A DNA stretch of 64,000 bases from Rhodothermales bacterium (GTDB taxonomy: Bacteria > Bacteroidota > Rhodothermia > Rhodothermales > Bin80). The DNA lies in NCBI GenBank assembly GCA_022821875.1, contig JAJECV010000006.1:98886-162885 (forward strand), written 5' to 3'. A model generated the notes under the pieces. The model was not told the origin of the DNA, did no database searches, and saw only the letters and a list, made by a program, of their open reading frames with translations. The number at the start of each line of letters is the position of its first letter. Within the stretch, counting starts at the first letter, position 1. A program made the translations under genes and the position numbers. This document shows positions 46,091 to 55,895 of this stretch, one piece after another.

Positions 46091-46221
46091 GCTGGTAGGA
46101 AAAGGTGAGTAGCTGGTAGGAAAAGGTGAGTAGCTGGTAGGAAAAGGAAAGTAGCTGGTAGGAAACTGGAAGTAGCTGGTAGGAAACTGGAAGTAGCTGG
46201 TAGGAAAAGGAAAGTAGCTGG
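46091..46221. repeat. 21-bp tandem repeat, 6 full units plus 5 nt
   Basis: Units begin at 46091, 46112, 46133, 46154, 46175 and 46196. There are three variants in the order A A B C C B (gctggtaggaaaaggtgagta / ...aaaaggaaagta / ...aaactggaagta). Confidence 0.95.
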
Positions 46222-46223
46222 AT

Positions 46224-46296
46224 CGCATACGCAAGGGCGGCGTGCATAGCGGTGTACCCGGTTGCTAAACAGGAATAACCCATTCAGATTAGATCC
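46224..46296 (+). repeat. Conserved 73-nt leader upstream of the 244-aa gene (copy A)
   Basis: cgcatacgcaagggcggcgtgcatagcggtgtacccggttgctaaacaggaataacccattcagattagatc recurs at 47388-47460 with one mismatch. Confidence 0.85.
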
Positions 46297-47031
46297 ATGA
46301 AGCCCCAATTTCTTACGAACCTGAGGCGCATAGTTAGTCTTTTTTGCGTCATCCTATTTGCTGTGTTTTCTGGTAGAATTTCGAATGCCCAGCATACACC
46401 CTTATCTGATTATTCTGAACAAGGTATGATCTTTGAAAACGGTGCATGGAGAGTTCCGACGGCATTTGAGGCGAAGCAGATGCTGATGAACTTGCCGAAT
46501 GATGATCGTCTGGAACAACCAATCGAATTTCAGAACGTGAGCAATATATTATATGCCGTGGTTCAGCAAGGGCTTGAACCACAACCCAGAATTGATCTAG
46601 ATGCGTTTGTGGGTGACATGATTCGGATATGGATAACGGAGACGGGTTGGTGGAGGCGCTATGCAGCAAGTTCCGCTGTTCAGGCAGCTAATATCGGTAA
46701 GTATCATGACGGCACTCCGTACCTTGGGGCAGTAAACGAACTCATCCGAATCTACGAGTCAATAGATGATTATCCTACGCTAAACGCAAATTATGTCTTG
46801 TCCCTACTCTCGAGAGGCGAGGGGATCCATTATGTTCGGAACATTTTCAATACCACTCCAAAGCCGCCGGTCTGCTCAAGGACTAGTATTCTGCCATCGG
46901 ATAATCCGTGTCCGAATATTTCCCCCTGGTGTGATGCAGGGAGAGTCCTGATTGGGCAGTCAGGAGGGCCTGAAGAGGAAGAATGGAAAGCACTCTGCGA
47001 ATCAGACTGGATAAGTACAATCATTGAGTAA
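46297..47031 (+). CDS. Secreted hypothetical 244-aa protein
   Basis: Signal-like LRRIVSLFCVILFAVFSGRISNAQ. Cys-containing C-terminus. A decayed paralog lies at 47461. Confidence 0.6.
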   Translation: MKPQFLTNLRRIVSLFCVILFAVFSGRISNAQHTPLSDYSEQGMIFENGAWRVPTAFEAKQMLMNLPNDDRLEQPIEFQNVSNILYAVVQQGLEPQPRIDLDAFVGDMIRIWITETGWWRRYAASSAVQAANIGKYHDGTPYLGAVNELIRIYESIDDYPTLNANYVLSLLSRGEGIHYVRNIFNTTPKPPVCSRTSILPSDNPCPNISPWCDAGRVLIGQSGGPEEEEWKALCESDWISTIIE

Positions 47032-47159
47032 TAAATTTTACATTAAACTTGCAGAGAATCACTTATTCTGTTTAGATGTAGTAAACTGCCCCCTTGTGTC
47101 GGATCCCTTTTTTCGGGCAAACACGGTCTGTGAGGAAATAGATTCTTCGCTACTACGAA

Positions 47160-47381
47160 GAACATCAGTCAGGTGCAAACCGTTGTTTACGGAGCACGAC
47201 CACAGCCAACTTCTTGGCTGAACTGGAGCAGTTTACAGGGAGCGCATCAGAGGCTAACACTCAGTTTAAGGGGGATACCGGCATGTGGGAGGAGTACTGG
47301 CGGAAGTTTGATAAATCTATGGAGCATGCACGTCCGACGACATCTTTCGTTCCTTTCTTCCATTATGTCGGGGAAAATTGG
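47160..47381 (+). pseudogene. Orphan 3' fragment duplicating the last 222 nt of the 573-aa ORF
   Basis: Colinear with 44874-45095 (gaacatcag.caggtgcaaaccgttgtttacggag... to ...gtcggggaaaattgg). It starts inside the HExxH codons and has no upstream coding context. Confidence 0.7.
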
Positions 47382-47387
47382 GTATAC

Positions 47388-47460
47388 CGCATACGCAAGG
47401 GCGGCGTGCATAGCGGTGTACCCGGTTGCTAAACAGGAATAACCCATTCAGATTAGATCA
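47388..47460 (+). repeat. Conserved 73-nt leader (copy B)
   Basis: See 46224-46296. Here it is fused directly to the orphan 3' fragment. Confidence 0.85.
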
Positions 47461-48188
47461 ATGAAGACTAAAATTCTTTTTAACTTGAGGCACACCATAA
47501 TTCTTTTTTGCGTCATCCTGTCTACTGTACTTTGTGGTAGAATTTCGACTGCTCAACATACACACTTACCTGATTATTCTGAACAAGGTATGATCTTTGA
47601 AAACGGTACATGGAGAGCGCCCACGGCGTTTGAGGCGAAGCAAATGCTCATGAACTTGCCGAATGATGATCGTCTGGAACAACCAATCGAATTTCAGAAT
47701 GTGAGCAATATATTGTACGCTGTGGTTCAGCAAGGTCTTGAGCCATAACCCAGAATTGATCTAGATACGTTTGTGAGTGACATGATCCAGATATGGATAA
47801 CGGAGACGTTGTGGAGGTGCTATGCTGCATGCTCTGCTGTTCAGGCAGCTAATATCGGTAAGTATCATGACTGAACTCCGTACCTTGGGGCAGCAAACGA
47901 ACTAATCCAAATCTACGAGTCAATAGATGAGTATCCTACACTAGGTGCAAATCGTGTCTTCTCCCTACTCTCAAGAGGTGAGGGAATCCATTGTGTTCGG
48001 AATATTTTCAATTCCACTCCAAAGCCACCGGTCTGCTCAATGACTAGTATTCGGCCATCGGATAATCCGTGTCGAATATTTCCCTCTGGTGTGATGCAGG
48101 GGAATTTCTGATTGGGAAACCCGGCGGGCCTGAGGAAGAAGAATGGAATTCATGTTGCGAATGGCCCCTAAAGAGCACAACTCACTAA
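47461..48188 (+). pseudogene. Decayed paralog of the 244-aa secreted protein gene
   Basis: Colinear with 46297-47031 but carries an in-frame TAA at 47746, a TGA in the aligned 'catgactgaactcc' stretch, and indels (for example 'gtgtcgaatatttccc' against 'gtgtccgaatatttcccc'). Confidence 0.8.
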
Positions 48189-48494
48189 TAGGTAAACAAA
48201 ATTCCAGCCAACATTATAGGAGATTATTTCTTTTCAAATGCACCGAACGGTGATTTTCCTCTGATTTGGATCCATTCATCCGATCCAGATGGATTTAGAT
48301 TGCGATTTTTCGCGGTGGGATTGTACTTATGTGTCAGGGTCGGGAGAGATGATTTTTTGGGTAATTACTCTTTCAGAATAGGTGCAAGAACTTGAATCGT
48401 CCAAAAAACGCCTTGTTGTACATGCAGAATTGGATCTTTACGGCCAGATGTGCATTGACCGAAGTTGGACCATTTTTCATCTAATCTTCCCCCA

Positions 48495-51338
48495 ATGAGT
48501 GCCATGATCATACGTTCGAATTCCTTCAAAACTGCACTGGCCGGTTGTCTGCTCTGCGTAGCGGTCATCGTTTCCGCTGTATGCACAAAGGCCCAGCCAA
48601 CGCTGGAGCAACCCATTCCCGTTGACAGTGCTGTTACCATTGGCCAACTGGAGAATGGGATGATGTACTATTTGCGGGAAAACCATGAACCGGAATCCCG
48701 CCTTGAACTTCGTCTGGTCGTAAATGCTGGCAGTGTGCTGGAGGATGAAGATCAACTGGGACTGGCCCATTTTGTGGAGCATATGCTTTTTAACGGTACG
48801 CGCCGTTTCCCAAAACAGACGCTCATGGCCTTTCTGCAGCGGATCGGTATGCAGATTGGCCCGGACATCAATGCCTATACAAGCTTCGACGAAACAGTTT
48901 ACCAACTTCAGGTTCCTACGGACAGCATGGAGGTGGTACGAAAGGCATTCCAGGTGCTGGAAGACTGGGCAGCTTATGCAACGCTGAGCGGCGAAGAAAT
49001 AGATAGAGAACGCGGTGTTGTGATTGAAGAGTGGCGCAGCAGGCGGGGCGCAGCGGGGCGCATGCTGGATGAGGCACTCCCGGTTATCCTGGGAGAGTCC
49101 CGCTACGCGGAGCGGATGCCGATCGGAGATACGCTGGTCATCAAACAGAGTCCCCACGAAACTGTGCGCCGCTTTTATAAAATCTGGTATCGCCCTGATC
49201 TGATGGCGGTGGTCGTTGTCGGATCACTGGATGTGCCAACCATGAAGTCCTTGGTTGAAGAGCATTTTGCCACCATTGAACCCGTCGAAAATCCAGTGCC
49301 ACGCCCCACCTTTGAGGTGCCGGCGATGGAGACGCGCTACAAGGTTGTAAGTGATCCGGAATATGATTTCTTTCCAGTAGTCTCGGTGGGCTATCGGCAG
49401 CCGGTGGTTCCGATGAAAACCCTTGCCGATTACCGAAGGTCCATGGTGGGCGCTCTTGCACGGGGAATGCTCTCAAGACGGTTTTCTGAAATTGCCCAGG
49501 ATGGTACCCGCGCCCCGTTTGTCGCCGCAGGAGCGGGTGAGGGGGAAGTTGTTCGAGGTATGCCCCAATTCAGTTTAACTGCATATGCAAACGAAGACAG
49601 TCTGGTTGCTGCACTTCGCACCCTCATTCTTGAAGTCGAGCGGGTTAAGCAACATCCCTTTACGCCCGGCGAGTTTTCACGATTTAAGGAATCATTCCTG
49701 CGCTCGCAGGAAGAAGCGTACAACGAGCGCGAGAATACGCCTTCGGCTCAACTTGTAGCATCCTATGTCAGCCATTTTCTGCAAGACACGCCGATTCCAG
49801 GGGTCATCAATCAGTACCGGCTTGCCGAGCAGCTTCTACCGACCATCACGCTGGAAGAAGTCAGTGCTTATTTGCCGAAAGCGTTGGGTAGCCGGGATCG
49901 GGCAGTCACGGTGAATCTGACGGAAAAGCCATCCCTTGAGTGGATTACCGAAGATGTGCTCACCAGTACGTTTGAAGAGTACGATGGCACCGTTGTAGAT
50001 CCCTACATTGATGCCACATCAGATGTCCCTCTGTTTGATCAGACACTGGAGGCGGCAGCGGTGGTGAGTGAACGCTCCATTCCCGAACTTGAAGTTTCAG
50101 AAATCACGTTGGCGAATGGTATTCGTGTGGTCATGAAGCCGACAGATTTTCGTGCGGACGAGGTGCGGTTTACCTCCTTCAGCGAAGGGGGTACATCTCT
50201 GTACAGTGACGAAGAGTACAATACCGCATCGTTTGCAGCATCAACGGTAAATAGCAGTGGAGTCGGTGCATTTAATCAGACGGAGTTGCAGAAAAAACTG
50301 TCAGGAAAACGGGCCTATGTATCTGCATCCATCAGTTCTCTGTTTGAAGGATTCAGCGGAGAGGCATCCCCGGAAGACCTGGAACTGCTGTTTCAGTTAA
50401 TCCATCTGCGTGCGACACAGGCCCGTCTGGATACATCCGCATTCCTGTCCAGGATCAACCTGAATCGCACCTTCCTTGCAAATCGGGAGAATTCGCCTGA
50501 TGCGGCATTCAGCGACACACTTCGTACAACACTGTACATGAATCATCCACGCTATAGACCGACGAAACCGGAAGATCTTGACCAAATAGATATGGGACGT
50601 GCCCTGCAGATTTATCAGGATCGGTATGCCGACATGGATGATTTTGTGTTCATCTTTGTGGGTGCCTTCAATGTTGACACCTTGACGGCATTTGCACAGA
50701 CCTATCTCGGCACACTGCCCGCTACGGATCGAGAGGAAACATGGCAGGATGTAAATGTACAGAATCCTGAGGGTACAGTTGTCAAAACTGTTTATAAGGG
50801 CGAGGAGCCGCAGAGTCGCGTCAGTATTACATTCAATGGGCCCCACGAAGATTCTCGGCAGGCACGCCATCACATGGAATCTCTGGAGATGCTTCTGGAT
50901 ATTCTTCTGTTTGAAGAATTGCGAGAGGAGCGCGGCGGGGTCTATGGAGCAGGTGTGAGTGCAGTGCAATTGCGCCGTCCGAAAGAGGGGTACCGGTTTT
51001 CAATTAGCTTCGGCTGCGACCCGGAACGTGCAGAAGAATTGACGAATGCTGTATTTGAGACGATCAAAGAAATCAAACAAAACGGTGTATCAGAGGATTA
51101 TGTAGCACGCGTACAGGAACAGCAGCGTCAGGCGCGTGTCATCAGTCTTGAAGAGAATGGATTTTGGGTCAGTGCACTGCGCAGTTCCTACTATTCCGAC
51201 AGTATTTCGGAACCATTGGATATTCTGCGCTACGATGAACTTGTGGACAGTCTGACGGCAGCAGATTTACAGCAGGCGGCCATAACATGGCTGACAGATC
51301 GTTATGTACAGGTAACGCTCTTTCCGGAACAGCCCTGA
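48495..51338 (+). CDS. M16-family (pitrilysin/insulinase-like) zinc peptidase, two-domain fused form
   Basis: HxxEH motif HFVEHMLFNGT, downstream E residues, signal peptide AGCLLCVAVIVSAVCTKAQ. ATG at 48495. Confidence 0.82.
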   Translation: MSAMIIRSNSFKTALAGCLLCVAVIVSAVCTKAQPTLEQPIPVDSAVTIGQLENGMMYYLRENHEPESRLELRLVVNAGSVLEDEDQLGLAHFVEHMLFNGTRRFPKQTLMAFLQRIGMQIGPDINAYTSFDETVYQLQVPTDSMEVVRKAFQVLEDWAAYATLSGEEIDRERGVVIEEWRSRRGAAGRMLDEALPVILGESRYAERMPIGDTLVIKQSPHETVRRFYKIWYRPDLMAVVVVGSLDVPTMKSLVEEHFATIEPVENPVPRPTFEVPAMETRYKVVSDPEYDFFPVVSVGYRQPVVPMKTLADYRRSMVGALARGMLSRRFSEIAQDGTRAPFVAAGAGEGEVVRGMPQFSLTAYANEDSLVAALRTLILEVERVKQHPFTPGEFSRFKESFLRSQEEAYNERENTPSAQLVASYVSHFLQDTPIPGVINQYRLAEQLLPTITLEEVSAYLPKALGSRDRAVTVNLTEKPSLEWITEDVLTSTFEEYDGTVVDPYIDATSDVPLFDQTLEAAAVVSERSIPELEVSEITLANGIRVVMKPTDFRADEVRFTSFSEGGTSLYSDEEYNTASFAASTVNSSGVGAFNQTELQKKLSGKRAYVSASISSLFEGFSGEASPEDLELLFQLIHLRATQARLDTSAFLSRINLNRTFLANRENSPDAAFSDTLRTTLYMNHPRYRPTKPEDLDQIDMGRALQIYQDRYADMDDFVFIFVGAFNVDTLTAFAQTYLGTLPATDREETWQDVNVQNPEGTVVKTVYKGEEPQSRVSITFNGPHEDSRQARHHMESLEMLLDILLFEELREERGGVYGAGVSAVQLRRPKEGYRFSISFGCDPERAEELTNAVFETIKEIKQNGVSEDYVARVQEQQRQARVISLEENGFWVSALRSSYYSDSISEPLDILRYDELVDSLTAADLQQAAITWLTDRYVQVTLFPEQP

Positions 51339-51436
51339 TTCGCACGCCGCAGGATCTTATAGTTGAGGTGCCCGTTACGGCGGTGCCGTAGACACAGTTA
51401 AACAGTTTCAGGAGCGTACGCGACAGGTACTCAGAC

Positions 51437-51778
51437 ATGAAGGAAAAGAAAAGAATGTTTGTATGGGGCTATCCTGGCATCAGAGAGGATGCCCCCTTTG
51501 TCACCAGTATTCATCAGACTGAAGAGGGAGAAATCTACCTGACCGAAGATTTCTTCAACAAAGAGGGAGAATTGTTCAGTAACTTGCTATTCACGCAGGA
51601 TATCTCTGAATCCACCTATGAAGACTGCGTGGAGACCTTTACCGAGATCATTAAGGCAACCACAAAGACCTGCCATGAGATCACAGAGTTTCGTTACGTT
51701 GAACCGAAGCCAGGTACGAGTGAGGCGAGACGTCAAGCGGAACTGATTCGGATGTACCATACCAAGGCACAAGCGTAA
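51437..51778 (+). CDS. Hypothetical 113-aa acidic protein
   Basis: ORF only. Its last ~115 nt are duplicated at 53169. Confidence 0.4.
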   Translation: MKEKKRMFVWGYPGIREDAPFVTSIHQTEEGEIYLTEDFFNKEGELFSNLLFTQDISESTYEDCVETFTEIIKATTKTCHEITEFRYVEPKPGTSEARRQAELIRMYHTKAQA

Positions 51779-52410
51779 TGCAGGCTAAGCGAACTCCGCA
51801 TGCCGCGCTATTTTGGATGCGCATCGGTGCTTTTTGTCTGTCTGGTGACATTTTCAGAATTTGTCCTGCTGCATATACCATCCATGATCGCATCAGAGAC
51901 TTCAGATTCCTCGGCAGGGGGTAAAGTCTCCGAATTCCTGTATCCTGTCCAAGATGGCTGCGCCTCTGAAATCTTGATGAAGCAGTACGAAGGAGATCAC
52001 TCATTATCTCTGAAGATGACAGGAATTGAACAGGATGAGATTTTCCTCTGCCGGTAGAGTTACGTTTTTCAACGGCTGTTTTCGTTCCTTTGGGCCGATC
52101 TTTTCGCTTCGGCGTGTACTTTGCAGATGCCATCATTTACCTTTGCCATGCGCATTGTATTACTCGGTTTTTGTTTTTGTGTCTAGCTTCACTGCCTAGA
52201 TTGAGCGGGATCCCATTGTGGCCGGTGATTTACTCCAGATTCAGCAACTTGGCAGCATCACTGCCGCTCCCGATGGGTGCTCTGTTGCTTATACAGTTCG
52301 TTCCATCGTTCCATCGTTCCAGATATGGACGATGACTATCAATACCAATCCGAAATCTGGATGGCCGTCGCAGACCGGTCAGAGGTTCCAAAACAGATGA
52401 CTTATGGTAG
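51664..52410 (+). repeat. Segmental duplication, copy 1 (3' end of the 113-aa gene, spacer, decayed 5' end of the S9 peptidase gene)
   Basis: Colinear with 53169-53907 (offset about 1500 nt), with scattered substitutions and small indels. Confidence 0.85.
52148..52410 (+). pseudogene. 5' fragment of the S9 peptidase gene (decayed duplicate)
   Basis: atgcgcattgtattactcgg... equals the start of the intact gene at 53652, but an in-frame TAG follows (MRIVLLGFCFCV*) and a second TAG comes soon after. Confidence 0.75.
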
Positions 52411-52599
52411 AGAGCCCCTCCCAGACTAGTGGCGGCTGGTTGCTGAAATTCTACGGATATCATCACCTGGAACCTAGCCTGCATTCCAAAGTACCAGCCA
52501 AAATCAGATGTATTGACATTCGAAAAATCGTCCAATTTGGAGATTTTTCGAGATGTTTTGGTGTTACCTTTTAGAAAACCTTTTAACCCGAGTACTGAA

Positions 52600-53073
52600 A
52601 TGAACTATCTTTTTGCTGTAGGAAATTCACTTTTCGTGGCGGCTATAATCACATTATCTGCTTGTCAGAGTCCATCCCAAGTAGATAACCAGTCGGATGA
52701 AATTGGGGAATTGGAGGAGATCGTTTCACTGACAAAACGCTACATAACGGATAATGCCATCTTAGTCATGGGTGGCGATGCATTATTAATAGAAGATGCA
52801 AGTGTTACCGGGAAAACATCTAGCGGCATTCCCTATGCCCAACTCACAGGGGAGGACATAGTAGCGTTTTTGGCTTTTGGCATGATAGGGATGTCAGCAT
52901 CAAAAACAACAGATGAACCCTATTCATGTTCGGTTGATGAGGATGCTGGTGTGCGCACTCTGATACGTTTTGGCAGGTGTGTAAAAGATTTAATGGATAG
53001 AGGAATATGTGTTTACGGATACAAAGCGGATGGAGCCTACCATGTATATCCAGGTGAGTGCAAAATGAATTGA
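52600..53073 (+). CDS. Small lipoprotein (hypothetical) lying between the two duplication copies
   Basis: MNYLFAVGNSLFVAAIITLSAC lipobox. 157 aa from ATG 52600. Confidence 0.55.
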   Translation: MNYLFAVGNSLFVAAIITLSACQSPSQVDNQSDEIGELEEIVSLTKRYITDNAILVMGGDALLIEDASVTGKTSSGIPYAQLTGEDIVAFLAFGMIGMSASKTTDEPYSCSVDEDAGVRTLIRFGRCVKDLMDRGICVYGYKADGAYHVYPGECKMN

Positions 53074-53168
53074 GGTTCTTTCAAAACCAGTGGTTCAGGC
53101 TAAAAAGTGTTTCTGGATACTATCAGGCCAACCAAAATATTCAAGATTGGGAGTTTTGCATAGGCTCT

Positions 53169-53907
53169 AAAGACCTGCCATGAGATCACAGAGTTTCGTC
53201 GCGTTGAACCGAAGCCAGGTACGAGTGAGGCGAGATGTCAAGCGGAACTGATTCGGATGTCCCATACCAAGGACGAAACGTAATACAGGCTAAGTGAACT
53301 GCACAGGCCGCTATTTTGGATGTGCATCGGTGCTTTTTGTCCGTCCGGTGACGTTTTCAGAATTTGTCCTGCTGCATATACCATCTGTGATGGCATCAGA
53401 GACTTCAGGTTCCTCTGCACGGGGCAAAGTATCCGAATTCCTGTATCCTGATCCAAGGTGGCTGCACCTCTGAAATTTCGATGAAGCAGTGTAACGGAGA
53501 TCATTGATCATTTCTGAAGATGACAGAAAGTGAACAGGATAAGATCTTACTCCGCCGGTAGAGTTATGTACCGTGACGGCTGTTTTCGTTCCTTTGGCCG
53601 ATCTTTTTGCTTCGGCGTATATTTCGCAGATTACCATCATTTACCTTTGCCATGCGCATTGTATTACTCGGGCTTTGTTTTTGTGTATCCAGCGTCACCG
53701 CTCAGATTGAGCGGGAGCCTATTGTCGCCAGTGATCTACTTAGGATTCAGCAACTTGGCAGCGTGACGGCGGCCCCCAATGGACGCTATGTTGCCTATAC
53801 AGTTCGTTCCATCATTCCGGACGGAGACAATGATTATCAATATCGGTCCGAAATCTGGATGGCCGTCGCAGACCGGTCAGAACCCCCGAAACAGATGACT
53901 TACGGGG
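53169..53907 (+). repeat. Segmental duplication, copy 2 (leads into the intact S9 peptidase gene)
   Basis: See 51664-52410. Confidence 0.85.
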
Positions 53908-55895
53908 GAGCAAGTTCACCTGTATGGCATCCAGACAGCGAACGGATCACGTTTCTGCGCAACATAGAAGGAACGTCCCAGGTTTTCGAGATCTCCATTT
54001 ATGGCGGAGAAGCCCGACAGTTGTTCAGTTTTGAACACGGAGTGAGCAATCCGCAGTGGTCGCCCGACGGGCAGAAATTACTCTTTGCTGCAACGCTCAG
54101 CAGGGACGAAGTCACGGAAATCACCGGGATTGTGCCAGAATGGTCCCAAGAGCGCCCCGATAGATCCTCCTGGGAAGAGCATGTTGCGGAAGCGGATCCA
54201 GATGGAGAACTGGCAAATATACGAGCATGGCTGGATAAGAACCGTCTTGATGCGAACCCGCGTTTATTGAATCGCCTGAATTTTCAGGGCGAGTTGGATT
54301 TATCCCCGGAGTATCGTTCAAGACATTATTTCGTTGCGAGTATGTCCGGTGATGAACCGGACATCAAGATGGTTACAACGGGGCACTACAGTTTTGGAAG
54401 TGCCACATGGCTTCTGGATAATCGCCAGATTGTTGTGAGCGGTTACCCGGAGACGGCAGACCATCCTGACCGTGAGCAGGACCGAGATCTATTTCTGGTT
54501 GATATAGAATCTTCGCGCAAACGGTTACTGCTTGATATTGGGGGCTATCGTTTGAGTTCGCCGATTGTATCCACCAGTGGCCGGTTTATCACGTTTCAGG
54601 CAAGCAGCCTCTCCGATCCCGGATATGCACAGTCTGAACTTGGGTATTTTGCGATTGATGGGTTGAGTCCCCCCGAGATGCTTACGCTGGACTTTGATCG
54701 AAGCATCCGGAGCGTGAAGTGGTCGCATGATGACTGGTTTGTATATTTTACGGCTCCATCCGAGGGGGGTGTCCCCCTGTACCGCGTGTCGGTGAATGAT
54801 GGGCGACCCGCACTTCCGACTCCAGATCCAGTCTCCGATTCCCTCCTTGTTGACAGTTTGTCTCAGCGTGCAAGGTCGTTTTTCTATCGCGGCGAATTAC
54901 TCCATCGCGGACTTCCGGTTACACGGTTGACGGAAAATAATCGTGGGATTGGAAGCTATGACCTAACGACCGCCATGGCGTATATGGCAACGACACAGGT
55001 GCTCAATCCATCCGAGTTGTATGTCTCTTCCATGGATTTTGAATCCCCGATGGCACTTACAGAACATAATGCAGGGTGGCTTCAGAATAAGGCACTGAGT
55101 TTTCCGGCCGGGTACCGCCTGCAAAGGGATACGATGAATGTACAGTATTGGGTCATGCCCCCGACCTTTCAGGCACCGGGACGGACGTACCCGCTTCTGG
55201 TTGCCATTCACGGAGGACCGGCATCCATGTGGGGGCCGGGAGAGTTTACGATGTGGCATGAGTTTCAGTTTTTGGCAGCACAGGGCTACGGTCTGGTTTA
55301 CTCGAATCCTCGAGGTTCCGGCGGGTATGGGCATGCATTCAAACATGCAAATTATCAGGACTGGGGCGTAGGTCCGGGTGGGGATGTATTGGCAGTGGCA
55401 TCGGAGGTGACAAGAAGAACCCGATGGGTGGATGCAGATCGTCAGGTGGTCACCGGCGGCTCCTATGCCGGGTATCTCACGGCCTGGATTGTATCGCAGG
55501 ATCAGCGATTCAAGGCCGCAGTTGCACAGCGTGGGGTCTATGATCTGGGCACGTTTTTCGGCGAGGGAAATGCCTGGAGGCTGGTACCGAATCATTTTGG
55601 CGGGTACCCATGGGAGGCAGGTGCACTTCTGCAAGCGAATTCGCCGATTACGTTTGTTGATCAAATCCGTACCCCGCTCCTGATCATGCATGCAGACAAT
55701 GATCTTCGGACCGGCGTGATCCAAAGTGAAGTCCTCTATAAAAGTTTAAAAGTGCTGGAGCGTCCAGTGGAATATGTGCGGTATCCAAATGCCGGACATA
55801 ATCTCTCCCGTACCGGCAACCCGAAACAGCGTATGGACAGGCTTCTGCGGATTTGGGAGTTCATGGAACGCTATATAGGGAGTGATTCGCAGTAG
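53652..55895 (+). CDS. S9-family serine peptidase (prolyl oligopeptidase / acylaminoacyl peptidase-like) with an N-terminal beta-propeller
   Basis: Signal peptide MRIVLLGLCFCVSSVTAQ, WSPDG-type propeller repeats, nucleophile elbow TGGSYAGY, and later HADNDLR and AGHNL. ATG at 53652. Confidence 0.82.
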   Translation: MRIVLLGLCFCVSSVTAQIEREPIVASDLLRIQQLGSVTAAPNGRYVAYTVRSIIPDGDNDYQYRSEIWMAVADRSEPPKQMTYGGASSPVWHPDSERITFLRNIEGTSQVFEISIYGGEARQLFSFEHGVSNPQWSPDGQKLLFAATLSRDEVTEITGIVPEWSQERPDRSSWEEHVAEADPDGELANIRAWLDKNRLDANPRLLNRLNFQGELDLSPEYRSRHYFVASMSGDEPDIKMVTTGHYSFGSATWLLDNRQIVVSGYPETADHPDREQDRDLFLVDIESSRKRLLLDIGGYRLSSPIVSTSGRFITFQASSLSDPGYAQSELGYFAIDGLSPPEMLTLDFDRSIRSVKWSHDDWFVYFTAPSEGGVPLYRVSVNDGRPALPTPDPVSDSLLVDSLSQRARSFFYRGELLHRGLPVTRLTENNRGIGSYDLTTAMAYMATTQVLNPSELYVSSMDFESPMALTEHNAGWLQNKALSFPAGYRLQRDTMNVQYWVMPPTFQAPGRTYPLLVAIHGGPASMWGPGEFTMWHEFQFLAAQGYGLVYSNPRGSGGYGHAFKHANYQDWGVGPGGDVLAVASEVTRRTRWVDADRQVVTGGSYAGYLTAWIVSQDQRFKAAVAQRGVYDLGTFFGEGNAWRLVPNHFGGYPWEAGALLQANSPITFVDQIRTPLLIMHADNDLRTGVIQSEVLYKSLKVLERPVEYVRYPNAGHNLSRTGNPKQRMDRLLRIWEFMERYIGSDSQ

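Noticed and set aside
45904-46308. Minus-strand ORFs (134 and 117 aa) reading through the 21-bp repeat as LLPVSYQ/LLSFSYQ heptads.
   Set aside because: They are open only because the repeat lacks stops. They overlap the well-supported paralog-2 3' end and have no credible start context.
51800-52057. 85-aa ORF in the spacer of duplication copy 1, plus the antisense 151-aa and 109-aa ORFs in both copies.
   Set aside because: The start codon and frame are not preserved in the second copy (a 1-nt indel near the start and an in-frame TGA). The similarity is explained by the DNA duplication alone.
54963-55724. 253-aa minus-strand ORF.
   Set aside because: It is antisense to the catalytic domain of the S9 peptidase.
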